The notes: generated by a model not told the origin, from the letters alone. DNA of 64,000 bases from Candidatus Nitrosomirales archaeon (GCA_049199595.1 JBMCYV010000011.1:7851-71850); one strand, 5' to 3'; shown: positions 36,203 to 45,688, counted from the first letter of the stretch. Numbers and translations are program-made.

Positions 36203-36325
36203 GGGCCCGTGGCCTAGTCAGTTATGCGTTTTTCGTGATGTTAGGTTGCGAAAAACATGACCTAGTGAGGATATGGCGGGAGCTTGCGGAGCTCCAGGCC
36301 GAGGGATCGAAGCCCTCCGGGCCCG
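36203..36325 (+). tRNA. tRNA-Arg(GCG) with a 48-nt intron in the D-loop
   Basis: Acceptor GGGCCCG/CGGGCCC, discriminator G. Anticodon arm GGAGC-TTGCGGA-GCTCC (anticodon GCG at 36286-36288). T arm GAGGG-ATCGAAG-CCCTC. The intron at 36220..36267 is defined by a BHB: 4-bp helix CTAG (36214-17)/CTAG (36262-65), 3-nt bulges TC|A and TG|A, and an inner helix GTTATG/CATGAC. The mature length is 75 nt. Confidence 0.85.
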
Positions 36326-36352
36326 CCTAAAATCAAAAATCTAAAATATACG

Positions 36353-36658
36353 TTAGATGGCAGCTTCTCCTCTCTTTTTGGTTGACAAGTCTACTGCTGT
36401 AGTCACATCTACAACAAAGATCTTTCCGCCAGTATTAAGATCTCCGCCAACTTTGTCTACTATCCTGCTTATCAATTCCTCTACCTGATCATCTCTAACG
36501 ACAACCTCAATCTTGTACTTTGGGATGAACTCTGTTGCCTTTGCCTTGCTCCTTCCCTCTATCCTGTGATAACTCATACCGCCAACATCAGCCTCTCTAA
36601 GTATTCTATTAATATCATGCACCTGCCTGTCTGGGATTATTATTTCGATCAGTTTCAC
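36353..36658 (-). CDS. P-II (GlnB-like) family protein with a shortened T-loop
   Basis: 101 aa. MKLIEIIIP...VGGMSYHRIEGRSKAKATEFIPKYKIEVVVRDDQVEELISRIVDKV..TGGKIFVVDV follows the P-II fold pattern. It lacks about 11 residues in the T-loop region relative to canonical 112-aa GlnB/GlnK (from memory). Confidence 0.75.
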   Translation of the reverse strand: MKLIEIIIPDRQVHDINRILREADVGGMSYHRIEGRSKAKATEFIPKYKIEVVVRDDQVEELISRIVDKVGGDLNTGGKIFVVDVTTAVDLSTKKRGEAAI

Positions 36659-36718
36659 GGCAGACTGTAAAAAGAAGGGTACTATAAGTTTTCTATAATT
36701 CGCAGTTATGGAACTAGA

Positions 36719-37555
36719 TTATCCTGCAGAGAGATCCCAGTAATTGGCATCCTTCACAACTTCAGTAGGAAGTCCCATGGATTTCCACTCCTTCAGCGAT
36801 TTCGCGTACAGCTTGACATTTCTATATCCAGCAAGATGTAGAGCATAGTATGCTAATCCCGAAAGTGTGCCAACACTGCCGCAGTATGTGATGACTTCCT
36901 GACCATCATTGATCCCACGATTCTGCACGATCCTCCTTAATTCCTCTGCAGATCTCAGAATACTATTCTCACCTGAGAATGTCTTCCACGGCATGTTGAT
37001 TGCCTTTGGTATGTGATGGTCTAGGTAGTTCAATCGCTCTCTAGAATCAAGCACCACCTTGCCGTCCTGTTCAATGCACGCGTTGACATAATCGGCTGTT
37101 GCAAGAATGTCGTTGTTTACCTTTAACGAATGTTTTACCTTTGGATAAACCGCCGACTCGCTCTCCACATCAAGACCCATTGATTTCCAGGTGCTGTAAG
37201 TGACTGCCAGCAGGGAAACGTTCGGGTGGCCGATATACTCTAGTGTCCAAGCAACCCTTGCCGCAAGGGCGCCGAAAGTATCGTCGTAAACAACCACATG
37301 TATGTTATCATCGATGCCAGTATTGCCATAAACTTCTGCTACCTTCTCCAGACTGTCCGCATTCAGAACATTTGCAAGCGGTATTGACACAGCTCCTAGA
37401 ATATGATCTTGGCTGTACTCTTCGGCCTTTCTTACGTCAACAACCTTTACCTGCTTCTTTGCGATCTCCTGCAAAAGTGCATTAGGTTCGACAACTATAG
37501 GATACCTTCTTGATCTGGACTCCTGCCCACTTGCTGACGTGTTCAAGCTGCACAT
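36719..37555 (-). CDS. two-domain rhodanese (thiosulfate/3-mercaptopyruvate sulfurtransferase-like)
   Basis: 278 aa. Tandem rhodanese domains, with the active-site loop YCGSVGTLSG in the C-terminal domain. Overlaps the sulfite reductase stop by 13 nt. Confidence 0.8.
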   Translation of the reverse strand: MCSLNTSASGQESRSRRYPIVVEPNALLQEIAKKQVKVVDVRKAEEYSQDHILGAVSIPLANVLNADSLEKVAEVYGNTGIDDNIHVVVYDDTFGALAARVAWTLEYIGHPNVSLLAVTYSTWKSMGLDVESESAVYPKVKHSLKVNNDILATADYVNACIEQDGKVVLDSRERLNYLDHHIPKAINMPWKTFSGENSILRSAEELRRIVQNRGINDGQEVITYCGSVGTLSGLAYYALHLAGYRNVKLYAKSLKEWKSMGLPTEVVKDANYWDLSAG

Positions 37556-39348
37556 TCGCCTCTTGCTGTTCTTGCTACGAACTTTCCTTCGTTACCGTAG
37601 TCCATATATGAATCAGGACTCTGTTCTGGCGTCGGAAGCTGAGCAGCTTTGTCAACAATGATCTTCAAGGAATCCAAGTTCTTCGCAACACCGGTTCCTT
37701 TACCATTCATGACTCGCAACAGCCAGTCATTCATATTTTCACCTTCATTCTTTTCCTCCTTGTAAAGTTCGATCATCTTCAGCACAACATCTATAACCTT
37801 CTTTGCTGGCACCCTTGTGAAAACCTTTCCAAGGGCAGCATCATCCTCGTCAACACGACCTCCTATAAGCATGTTGTATGTTGGAGCAAGTGTATTATTC
37901 ACTCTGGATGCACCGCCATAGAAACCCATAGTAGCTATTTGGTGCTGTCCGCAAGCATTTGGACAGCCGCTTATCTTTATTGTTGCGTCTCTTATTCCAT
38001 CGTCCATGTCAAGCCCTAGTTCAAGAAACTTGGCCTGTATCTCCTTTGCGAGTCTGTGTGAATTCGTTATAGCAAGATTACACGAAGTCGTTCCCGTGCA
38101 TCCTACTGCCGATGCTATGGTCAACCCTCCGGGATTTGCAAGCCCGATCGATACAAGCTTTTGATATAGATCTGGCAAATCAGACTTTAGGACATACCTT
38201 AACGCTATGCTCTGACCTGGTGATGTTCGCACGCATCCTTCTCCAGAGAAATCCCCGCATATTTCTGCCAACGCCGTGAGCTGTCTGGAAGTAATATCGC
38301 CAGCCTGCAAGGTTATGAATGCCATTACATACCCACGCTGTTTTTGCGGCACCGTGTTGGTATGCAACCATCTCTGGAAACCCTGAGGGTTAGCGTTTGA
38401 TTCGTACGAAACAATCGATGCCGCTTCGCTTGGTGTTTCTTCCTCCACTATCTCCAATTTCACAGAGGTTGACTTGGTAGAGTTTACAATTGACCGTTCC
38501 TTCAGAACGAGTTTTTGGAATTTCGCCCAACCCATTTCATGTACCAGATACCTCATTCTGTTTCTGGCCATGTTTTCTCTGTTGCCCATTCTATCATAAA
38601 GCCTCACGGTTGCCATACATGAAGGCAAGACATTTTCCATTGGAGTAAAGTCTTCAAGAAGCTCAGCGATGAACGAGGCTGGACCGAGTCCTCCTCCTAG
38701 ATATATCTTGAAACCTTTTACCTGCTGACCGTTGATTTCTTTCACTGCTGGAACAAGACCAATGTCAGCTATTCTTACAAGGCTATGCTTTTCGCAGCAT
38801 GCAAAGTTGAACTTGAACTTTCTTGGCAAATTCTGGTTCATCGGGTTCCTCAGGAAGAATCTTGCGACTGCCTTTGCATACGGTGTTGCGTCAAACACTT
38901 CTTCAGGACAAACACCTGCAAACGGACTGCATACAACATTTCTTATGGTATTACCACATGCTTCCCTTGTTGTGAGACCAACCTCAACAAGCCCCCTCAT
39001 AACTTCGGAGACGTCCTCTAGCTGAACCCAGTGTAGCTGAATGTTCTCCCTAGTTGATACGTGTGCACTACCGATCGAAAAACCATCACTTAGGAAAGCC
39101 AGCTTCTCAAGCTGCTCTGGAGTAAGTATACCTGCTGGTACTTTTACACGAACCATGCTGTAATCTGCCCGCATTCTAGAACCATAAGCTCCGTTTTGAA
39201 GTCTGAACCTGCGGAACTCTTCTTCGCCGATCTTCTTCTGTCTGAAGAGCTTTACAATTTCCGCAAAGGTATCTACTTCTTCTGGCTTACCCCACTTCTC
39301 ACTCTTTCTCTTGATCTGCATCCGCTTGCCAAGTTCTCTTTTACCCAT
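37543..39348 (-). CDS. sir: ferredoxin-dependent sulfite/nitrite reductase hemoprotein (siroheme-[4Fe-4S])
   Basis: 601 aa. Duplicated NIR_SIR halves. Cluster/siroheme cysteines in VGCTGTTSCNLA and KISGCPNACGQH. Confidence 0.9.
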   Translation of the reverse strand: MGKRELGKRMQIKRKSEKWGKPEEVDTFAEIVKLFRQKKIGEEEFRRFRLQNGAYGSRMRADYSMVRVKVPAGILTPEQLEKLAFLSDGFSIGSAHVSTRENIQLHWVQLEDVSEVMRGLVEVGLTTREACGNTIRNVVCSPFAGVCPEEVFDATPYAKAVARFFLRNPMNQNLPRKFKFNFACCEKHSLVRIADIGLVPAVKEINGQQVKGFKIYLGGGLGPASFIAELLEDFTPMENVLPSCMATVRLYDRMGNRENMARNRMRYLVHEMGWAKFQKLVLKERSIVNSTKSTSVKLEIVEEETPSEAASIVSYESNANPQGFQRWLHTNTVPQKQRGYVMAFITLQAGDITSRQLTALAEICGDFSGEGCVRTSPGQSIALRYVLKSDLPDLYQKLVSIGLANPGGLTIASAVGCTGTTSCNLAITNSHRLAKEIQAKFLELGLDMDDGIRDATIKISGCPNACGQHQIATMGFYGGASRVNNTLAPTYNMLIGGRVDEDDAALGKVFTRVPAKKVIDVVLKMIELYKEEKNEGENMNDWLLRVMNGKGTGVAKNLDSLKIIVDKAAQLPTPEQSPDSYMDYGNEGKFVARTARGECAA

Positions 39349-39566
39349 ATGGTTCCCAGTAATGTGTTATGGAATATAAATCTTAAAAAGTATTAAGTAA
39401 GGTGTATTAGGGAAAGTAGACACCATACAAGCATAGTTTCTATCTGTCAGATCATGATTTTAGATCTGGCAAAATTTGCACAAAAGTAATAGGAAGTCGA
39501 ACGAAAACTGCCGCTAATTATTATTCAAGAAAGATATGCACTCAGTGCTAAGTGTTTTAGGAGCCG

Positions 39567-40076
39567 TTAGTATCCTTTTGCAAAACCTTCTAGGCTGTCT
39601 ATTGTATCATTGACAATCCTTCGAACCAATTGAACTCTGTTTCGTATCTCTACTATCCCCACAGAATCACTTTCTTCATGTAATCCTCTTTCTTCAATTT
39701 CCTTTGCAGCTCTCTTGTGCCATTTGTTCAGATCTGCCTCAAGCTCGTTAGCAACCTTGGGCGATATCCTGCCTATCATCTGTATCTCTACGCGTAATAA
39801 TTCTATACATGCCTGGAGAGAATGTTTGGCAGCAAGTTTTAGTGATTTTTCTTCAGCAGCAGAAGAATTTTCGTTCAACGCTTCATAAGCCTTCCATGCC
39901 ATCTCAAGCTTCTGGTCATGCACTGCCAGAATAGCCAGATCATCCCTTATCTTCTTGAACCAGTCGCTGCTTAACTCCATATGTTCACTATTCCTTATCC
40001 ACACTATTTTAGCCTTGTCGATCCTAAAATGTATATCATTATGCAGAAATTGACTTTTGAGATCGTACTGAAACAC
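39567..40076 (-). CDS. hypothetical protein (helical)
   Basis: 169-aa ORF with ordinary composition. No motif recognised. Confidence 0.5.
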   Translation of the reverse strand: MFQYDLKSQFLHNDIHFRIDKAKIVWIRNSEHMELSSDWFKKIRDDLAILAVHDQKLEMAWKAYEALNENSSAAEEKSLKLAAKHSLQACIELLRVEIQMIGRISPKVANELEADLNKWHKRAAKEIEERGLHEESDSVGIVEIRNRVQLVRRIVNDTIDSLEGFAKGY

Positions 40077-40124
40077 TGAAAGACCAGAAATAAGTTTAAG
40101 TAACTAAATAATGATTCAGGATCA

Positions 40125-40382
40125 ATGATATTCATAACTCTGCTTAGATTCAAGAGGAAGGCAAGAGATGTTGTGGAAGTAGGCAAAAAGATCATGCAGA
40201 ATCTGCCGCCAGGTGTAAAGATAATAGGCACATACTGGACGTTGGGTAGGTTTGACGCCGTCTGGGTTTACGAAGCTAGTAATGAAAAAGACGCGATAAA
40301 GATGTTTATCGATGCTGGTGATGTAGCATCAACAGAAACCCTGACTGCAATATCGAGGGAAGAAGCAATGAAGCTTCTTTAA
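40125..40382 (+). CDS. GYD-domain protein
   Basis: 85 aa. IFITLLRFKRK...GVKIIGTYWTLGRFDAVWVYEASNEKDAIKMFIDAGDVASTETLTAISREEA is the GYD-family pattern (GxYD replaced here by GRFD). Confidence 0.7.
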   Translation: MIFITLLRFKRKARDVVEVGKKIMQNLPPGVKIIGTYWTLGRFDAVWVYEASNEKDAIKMFIDAGDVASTETLTAISREEAMKLL

Positions 40383-40419
40383 CGATCAGCATTTAGCATG
40401 GAATCACGAAGTATTGTTG

Positions 40420-40539
40420 ATGAACTGTCCCTGCTGCGGAGATGTGATGGAGCCAGTTGAGGAGCTAGAGATGTCCATAAAGTACAGATGCAAGGGATGT
40501 GGATTAAGCGATACTAGATTGAAGAAGAAGGAGACCTAA
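40420..40539 (+). CDS. candidate 39-aa zinc-ribbon protein (below the ORF-track size cut-off)
   Basis: The ATG at 40420 opens MNCPCCGDVMEPVEELEMSIKYRCKGCGLSDTRLKKKET, stop at 40537-40539. Contains CPCC ... CKGC. Confidence 0.35.
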   Translation: MNCPCCGDVMEPVEELEMSIKYRCKGCGLSDTRLKKKET

Positions 40540-40574
40540 TCTTTATCTAACCAACTCTGAAAACAATACATGCT

Positions 40575-42023
40575 ATGACATTTGAAAGTCTTCAGGAGTA
40601 TGTTAAAGCCTTAGAAGGTTCAAACCAGCTCAAAAGAGTGAAGAGTAAGGTAAGCGTTGACCTTGAACTGGCAGAAATACTTAGACGCCAGATGTATAGC
40701 AACGGTCTTGCAGTATTGTTTGAAAATGTTGATGGTTTCAGGATGCCGGTATTGGGTAACGCCTTTGGCAGCATGGACAGAATGAAGCTAGCACTTGATA
40801 CTGACAATTTTGAAGAAATTGGTGAGAGGATGGTTGGCATTACCAAGATGCAGCTGCCGGCTGGTATGTTTGACAAATTAAAGATGCTTCCAAAACTCTC
40901 GGAAATTGCTGACAATGCTCCCAAAACTGTCAGCAAGGGTTCTGTCTCTGAAGTTTATGAAGACGCTGGTAAGGCGTCGTTTAACAGCTTACCTGCATTG
41001 AAGTGCTGGCCGAAAGATGCTGGGAGGTTCATAACATTTGGTCTGGTATTAACTAAACATCCAGAGACAGGAACGAGAAATCTGGGTGTGTACAGAATGC
41101 AGATACTTGATGACAAGCACGCAATAATGCACTGGCAAATACACAAAAGAGGAGCACAGCACTACCAGATCATAAAAGAGCAGAAGAAGAAGATCGATGT
41201 AGCCGTTATAATCGGAGCTGATCCTGCTACCGTGTTTTCTGCAGTTGCACCGGTGCCAGAGGGACTTGACAAGTACCTCTTCGCTGGCATAGTAAGAAAG
41301 AAAGGTTTGAAACTAGTGAACTGTAACAGTGTAGATCTGGATGTTCCTGCAAATGCAGAGATCGTGCTTGAAGGTCATGTCGATCCAAATGACGTAAGGA
41401 TGGAAGGGCCGTTTGGTGATCATACTGGATACTATACCCCGCAAGAACCTTATCCAGTATTCACGCTAAACGGAATAATGAGAAACGAAAATCCTATCTA
41501 TCTTACTACTGTTGTTGGCAAGCCCATACTGGAAGATGCGTACATAGGTACTGTAATTGAAAGATCTTTCTTGCCGCTGATCAGGATGTTCCAGCCCGAA
41601 GTGGTTGACTTTGCAATGCCACCAGCTGGATGGTTTCAGGGATTGGCAATTGCATCCATAAAGAAGCGGTATCCTGGGCAGGCCAAGAAGGTTATGATGG
41701 GCCTCTGGGGCTTGGGCCAGTTAGCGTTAACAAAGATGCTTATAGTTGTGGATCATGACGTTAACGTTCACAACATCGATGATGTTATCTGGGCAGTAAC
41801 TGCAAGAACAGATCCGAAGAGAGATATTGTAATAATTGATAACGTACCTACTGATACCCTCGACCCCGCTTCTCCATTGCTAAATTTAGGTTCAAAACTG
41901 GGCATCGATGCAACCACTAAATGGAAGGAAGAAGGTTACGAGAGAGAAGTGCAGGAACTTGCCAGCGTTGATGATCAAACAAAGAACATTGTGGATAAGA
42001 GATGGAATGAGTATGGTCTGTAA
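40575..42023 (+). CDS. UbiD-family (prenyl-FMN dependent) decarboxylase, menaquinone-pathway type
   Basis: 482 aa. UbiD family similarity throughout (NLGVYRMQILDD..MHWQIHKRGAQH, GPFGDHTGYY, DPKRDI). Its position next to the mqn genes suggests the futalosine-pathway decarboxylase. Confidence 0.85.
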   Translation: MTFESLQEYVKALEGSNQLKRVKSKVSVDLELAEILRRQMYSNGLAVLFENVDGFRMPVLGNAFGSMDRMKLALDTDNFEEIGERMVGITKMQLPAGMFDKLKMLPKLSEIADNAPKTVSKGSVSEVYEDAGKASFNSLPALKCWPKDAGRFITFGLVLTKHPETGTRNLGVYRMQILDDKHAIMHWQIHKRGAQHYQIIKEQKKKIDVAVIIGADPATVFSAVAPVPEGLDKYLFAGIVRKKGLKLVNCNSVDLDVPANAEIVLEGHVDPNDVRMEGPFGDHTGYYTPQEPYPVFTLNGIMRNENPIYLTTVVGKPILEDAYIGTVIERSFLPLIRMFQPEVVDFAMPPAGWFQGLAIASIKKRYPGQAKKVMMGLWGLGQLALTKMLIVVDHDVNVHNIDDVIWAVTARTDPKRDIVIIDNVPTDTLDPASPLLNLGSKLGIDATTKWKEEGYEREVQELASVDDQTKNIVDKRWNEYGL

Positions 42024-42061
42024 AAGAATTGCTAAAATAGTTCATCTGTAATGCTTAAGGG

Positions 42062-43087
42062 ATGCACGGCCATTTATTTGACAAAAAGTTTTTTGCATTA
42101 GGAGTAAATCTTGCATGGCTCGATGGGCAGTATGATCATGACCTTGGCAAGAACGAAGTCGTGGGCTGCGATTTTAGATCTCTTGATGATCAACAACGCA
42201 AAGACAATCTTGATGCATATTTTAAGGACATAAGCCTCATGAATGCCCGTGTAGTAAGATTTTGGCTCTTTGAAAGGTTCGAAGGTCTAAAATTCGATCA
42301 GGAAGGGAATGTAACAGGAATAGATAACGGTATGATGAATAATATCGCAGATGTTTTTCATGCAGCAAGGAAGTATGATCTGTATCTCTACCTTTGCCTG
42401 ATGGATACTTGGGGGGTGACTGCTCAACCCCAACAACATCTACCGCGATTGAATGACATGATGATGAAAGAGCAGATACGGAAGAGCTTCATAGATAATG
42501 CGTTAAAGCCATTTATCGCTGACACCAGGACGGATGACAAAAGGATCTTTGCCATTGATGTTATGAACGAACCTGAAGGCATGTATGCGAGTCTATGGAG
42601 GGCAGACATAGAATGGCAAGACATAATGAATTTCATAAAAGAATGTACGACCGCTATACATGAAAACAGCAGGTTCAAGGTATCTTGCGGTTTCCAGCAC
42701 TACCAAACGCTGATGGATAACAAGGATGTGCTTAACGATCTTGACTTTTATGACTACCACGAATACAATGATGACGGCACGCTTATACCATGCCAGACCC
42801 TAGGTTTGAAAAAACCTTGCATAATTGGTGAATGTGGACAGAAGAACGAAAAATACGACGATAAGATACAAAGTAAAGCTGTTGAAGGATTTCTCAAGAA
42901 CGCATGGAAGAATCAGTATGCTGGTTGCCTTGTATGGAACTATAACTACAAGGGATATGATGTTAATGATACAAGCAATCGCTTCTCGTTGATCAAGAGC
43001 AAGGGAGAATGGAGAAACGCCTGCAATGCATTAGTAAGATTTGGTAAGAAGTATAGAAGGCACATGATTACTAGTGATTTCGTATGA
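42062..43087 (+). CDS. TIM-barrel glycoside hydrolase, GH5-like, no signal peptide
   Basis: 341 aa. GVNLAWL, VRFWLFE, AIDVMNEPEG (acid/base Glu in an NEP context) and CIIGECG (candidate nucleophile Glu) are spaced as in clan GH-A/GH5 enzymes. The 3' end overlaps the convergent mqnC-like gene by 17 nt. Confidence 0.65.
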   Translation: MHGHLFDKKFFALGVNLAWLDGQYDHDLGKNEVVGCDFRSLDDQQRKDNLDAYFKDISLMNARVVRFWLFERFEGLKFDQEGNVTGIDNGMMNNIADVFHAARKYDLYLYLCLMDTWGVTAQPQQHLPRLNDMMMKEQIRKSFIDNALKPFIADTRTDDKRIFAIDVMNEPEGMYASLWRADIEWQDIMNFIKECTTAIHENSRFKVSCGFQHYQTLMDNKDVLNDLDFYDYHEYNDDGTLIPCQTLGLKKPCIIGECGQKNEKYDDKIQSKAVEGFLKNAWKNQYAGCLVWNYNYKGYDVNDTSNRFSLIKSKGEWRNACNALVRFGKKYRRHMITSDFV

Positions 43088-44189
43088 CGTTGTAAAAGTT
43101 GTCGCGTTCAGCTACCTGCATTCCTATCTGTTTTACCGCATCGATTATCTTCTCTGCAGTCAGTGTGGTGGATCTCGCTCCAGTAGCAGTGACGACTTCC
43201 TCGCCATGAAGGGTGCCTCCAAAATCATCCGCACCATAATTCAATGCCAGCTGTGCCATTCCAACTCCGTTAGTCAGCCAAGATGACTGCAGGTGATCTA
43301 TCAGGCCGTGAAGCATTATTCTTGATATTGCAATCATCTTCAACAACTGCAAACCTCCTGCCGAGTGTTTGACAATACCTTCTTCTTGCATCTGGGTATT
43401 GTTCGGTTCAAAGCTCCATGGAATGAAGGCCATGAATCCTTTAGTCTTCTCCTGCAGTTCAATTATCTTCATCAACGATCTTGCACGCTCCTCCAAGCTT
43501 TCCACATGGCCGTACATCATCGTTGCAGAAGCAGGTATTCCTAAACTATGAGCTTCCTCCATGATCTTTAACCATTCATTACTCCTTATCTTCAAGGGGC
43601 TTATCTGCTCCTTGACAGCATCATCAAGAATCTCCGCACCTGCACCTGGCAGGGAATCAAGGCCAGACTGCTTTAACCTGCCCAAAACTTCCTTTGTGCT
43701 GGAACGCTCTACTCTCGCAATGGTATCTATTTCAGATGCCGACAAACCGTGGATGCCAATGTCAGGACACTTCTGCTTTATCATCTTGAACATGGATTCG
43801 TAATACTCAATCTTCAGTGATGGATTATGCCCTCCCTGCATCAGGACCTGCGTTATGTTAAACATCTCCTTTGCTAGAGCAACTCGTTTTACTCCTTCTT
43901 CCAAACCCACAGTATAACTTTCCTTATGTCCTGGAGGTCTGTAAAAAGCACAGAACTTGCAGTATGTAATGCATACATTTGTGTAGTTGAATATTATGTT
44001 ATTAACAAAAGTAATTCTGTCGCCAAAAAGCCTTCTCTTCAGCGTATCGGCAACAAGACCCATCAACTGAATATCATCAGACTTCATTAGCCTAAGGCAA
44101 TCGTCAAAATCTGGTCTTGCTCCATCAAGAACCTTGTCAAGAACATCACCAATATCAGAACGTTTGACCGTTTCTGTCAAAAGACTCAA
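43071..44189 (-). CDS. mqnC: radical-SAM menaquinone (futalosine pathway) enzyme, MqnC/MqnE family; tentatively MqnC (dehypoxanthine futalosine cyclase)
   Basis: 372 aa. CITYCKFCAF, PGAGAEIL, MMYGHVE and FIPWSFEPNNT. The family call is firm. The choice of MqnC over MqnE rests on my recollection that MqnC carries the W-containing IPW.F motif and MqnE carries GGGAEIF/IPL. Confidence 0.8.
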   Translation of the reverse strand: MSLLTETVKRSDIGDVLDKVLDGARPDFDDCLRLMKSDDIQLMGLVADTLKRRLFGDRITFVNNIIFNYTNVCITYCKFCAFYRPPGHKESYTVGLEEGVKRVALAKEMFNITQVLMQGGHNPSLKIEYYESMFKMIKQKCPDIGIHGLSASEIDTIARVERSSTKEVLGRLKQSGLDSLPGAGAEILDDAVKEQISPLKIRSNEWLKIMEEAHSLGIPASATMMYGHVESLEERARSLMKIIELQEKTKGFMAFIPWSFEPNNTQMQEEGIVKHSAGGLQLLKMIAISRIMLHGLIDHLQSSWLTNGVGMAQLALNYGADDFGGTLHGEEVVTATGARSTTLTAEKIIDAVKQIGMQVAERDNFYNVIRNH

Positions 44190-44302
44190 ACTGAATAAAC
44201 GAGCCTGCCATGCTATTTATTCTTTCGTGATTTTGATTGTAAGGTCATTGTTCTAGGCTCATCAAACGTAATTTTATATAAAGATGGTTAGAAGGTTACG
44301 TT

Positions 44303-45403
44303 ATGCTGAACAACATTGTCAACAGCTCTAGAGCGTTGGAAAGGGCACTTGCCGGAGAAGAATTGACATTTAATGATGGTCTTGAGCTTATGAAAGATGA
44401 CAATTTGTTCATGTTGGGAAGTGTTGCTGACAAAGTCAGAAAAGAGATCAAAGGTGATATCGTAACGTTTACTGCATCATACTATCTCAATTATACAAAT
44501 GTCTGTGCTGCGAGCTGTCCGCTGTGTGCGTTTTATAGGAAGGATGAGGAACCAGATGCCTACACTTTAACAATTGATGATATTTTGAACCGTGTAAATA
44601 CTGCGGTTAAGATGGGAGCTACTGAATTACACATAGTTGGAGGTTTTCATCCGGACTTGGAACTGGAGTACTATGAAGGCATGATGAGATCAATAAAGCA
44701 AAAGTTCCCAAAGGTAACGATAAAAGCCCTAACACCTGCCGAGATCTTCTTCATTGCAAGAGTGACTCATAACACAGTGAAGGAAGTTTTGTTGCGGCTT
44801 AAAGACGCTGGTTTGGATGCAACTGCTGGCGGTGGTGCAGAAATATTCCATCCAGAAGCAAGAAAACAGATCGTGGTTGGTAAGTGTTCAGGCGATGAAT
44901 GGCTGCAAGTTGCTGAACAAGCACACAATCTAGGGATAAAGGGCAATTGCACAATGCTTTATGGACATGTTGAAAAGCCGGAGCATGTTATTGATCACAT
45001 AATCAAGTTGAGAGAGCTGCAGAAAAAGACAAACGGGTTCTTGACTTTCATACCTTTGAAGTTCAGCCCAGAGAATACAGAGTTACAGGAGAAGGGTTTG
45101 GCTAAGCAATCAAGTCCTTCAACCTATGACTTGAAGATAATTGCTGTCTCTAGGTTGATGATGGCAAACGTGCTCAAGAACATATCTGTTTACTGGATAG
45201 CTATGGGCAAGAAGATGGCGCAGGTTGCTCTTGCATATGGAGGCAGTGATCTCGTTGGAACAGCATTTGCAGAGGAAATCTTCAAAGCCGCTGGATTATC
45301 ATACAGCACATCAATTGAAGAACTGGCAAACATGATCAGGGAAATAAAACGCATCCCCGCACAAAGAGATACGTTTCACAACATCATCAGATACTTTAGC
45401 TAG
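44303..45403 (+). CDS. mqnE: radical-SAM menaquinone (futalosine pathway) enzyme, MqnC/MqnE family; tentatively MqnE (aminodeoxyfutalosine synthase)
   Basis: 366 aa. CAASCPLCAF, GGGAEIFHPE, MLYGHVE and FIPLKFSPENT. Same caveat on the subfamily call as the neighbouring gene. Confidence 0.8.
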   Translation: MLNNIVNSSRALERALAGEELTFNDGLELMKDDNLFMLGSVADKVRKEIKGDIVTFTASYYLNYTNVCAASCPLCAFYRKDEEPDAYTLTIDDILNRVNTAVKMGATELHIVGGFHPDLELEYYEGMMRSIKQKFPKVTIKALTPAEIFFIARVTHNTVKEVLLRLKDAGLDATAGGGAEIFHPEARKQIVVGKCSGDEWLQVAEQAHNLGIKGNCTMLYGHVEKPEHVIDHIIKLRELQKKTNGFLTFIPLKFSPENTELQEKGLAKQSSPSTYDLKIIAVSRLMMANVLKNISVYWIAMGKKMAQVALAYGGSDLVGTAFAEEIFKAAGLSYSTSIEELANMIREIKRIPAQRDTFHNIIRYFS

Positions 45404-45644
45404 AATCATCTTGTTTAGTTGATGTAGTATCTTCATCTGGTCGTCGTTTCTTTCTGCGAAGACCGAAACTTACAAGTGCCAAGAGAACGCCAATGGCTCC
45501 TATTATTCCTCCTATCTGTGCAATACCCCTACTGGGATTGAGTTCGCCCAAGGAGCCAGTAAGAAGTATGGAACCATAAACAATAGAGATGACAGAACCT
45601 GTTATAATCATTGCAACTCCTCCAGCAAGAAATCGCCAATCCAT
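45396..45644 (-). CDS. small two-TM membrane protein
   Basis: 82 aa. Two hydrophobic helices, then a basic/acidic tail RRKKRRPDEDTT. Confidence 0.5.
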   Translation of the reverse strand: MDWRFLAGGVAMIITGSVISIVYGSILLTGSLGELNPSRGIAQIGGIIGAIGVLLALVSFGLRRKKRRPDEDTTSTKQDDSS

Positions 45645-45688
45645 GATTTTTTGTATTGTGCACCAGCTAATAACTTTTTTACCAAAGC

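Noticed and set aside
39455-39480. Hairpin CAGATC-ATGATTTTA-GATCTG in the sir upstream region
   Set aside because: It is a 6-bp palindrome containing a BglII-type site. It is too short to claim as an operator without further evidence.
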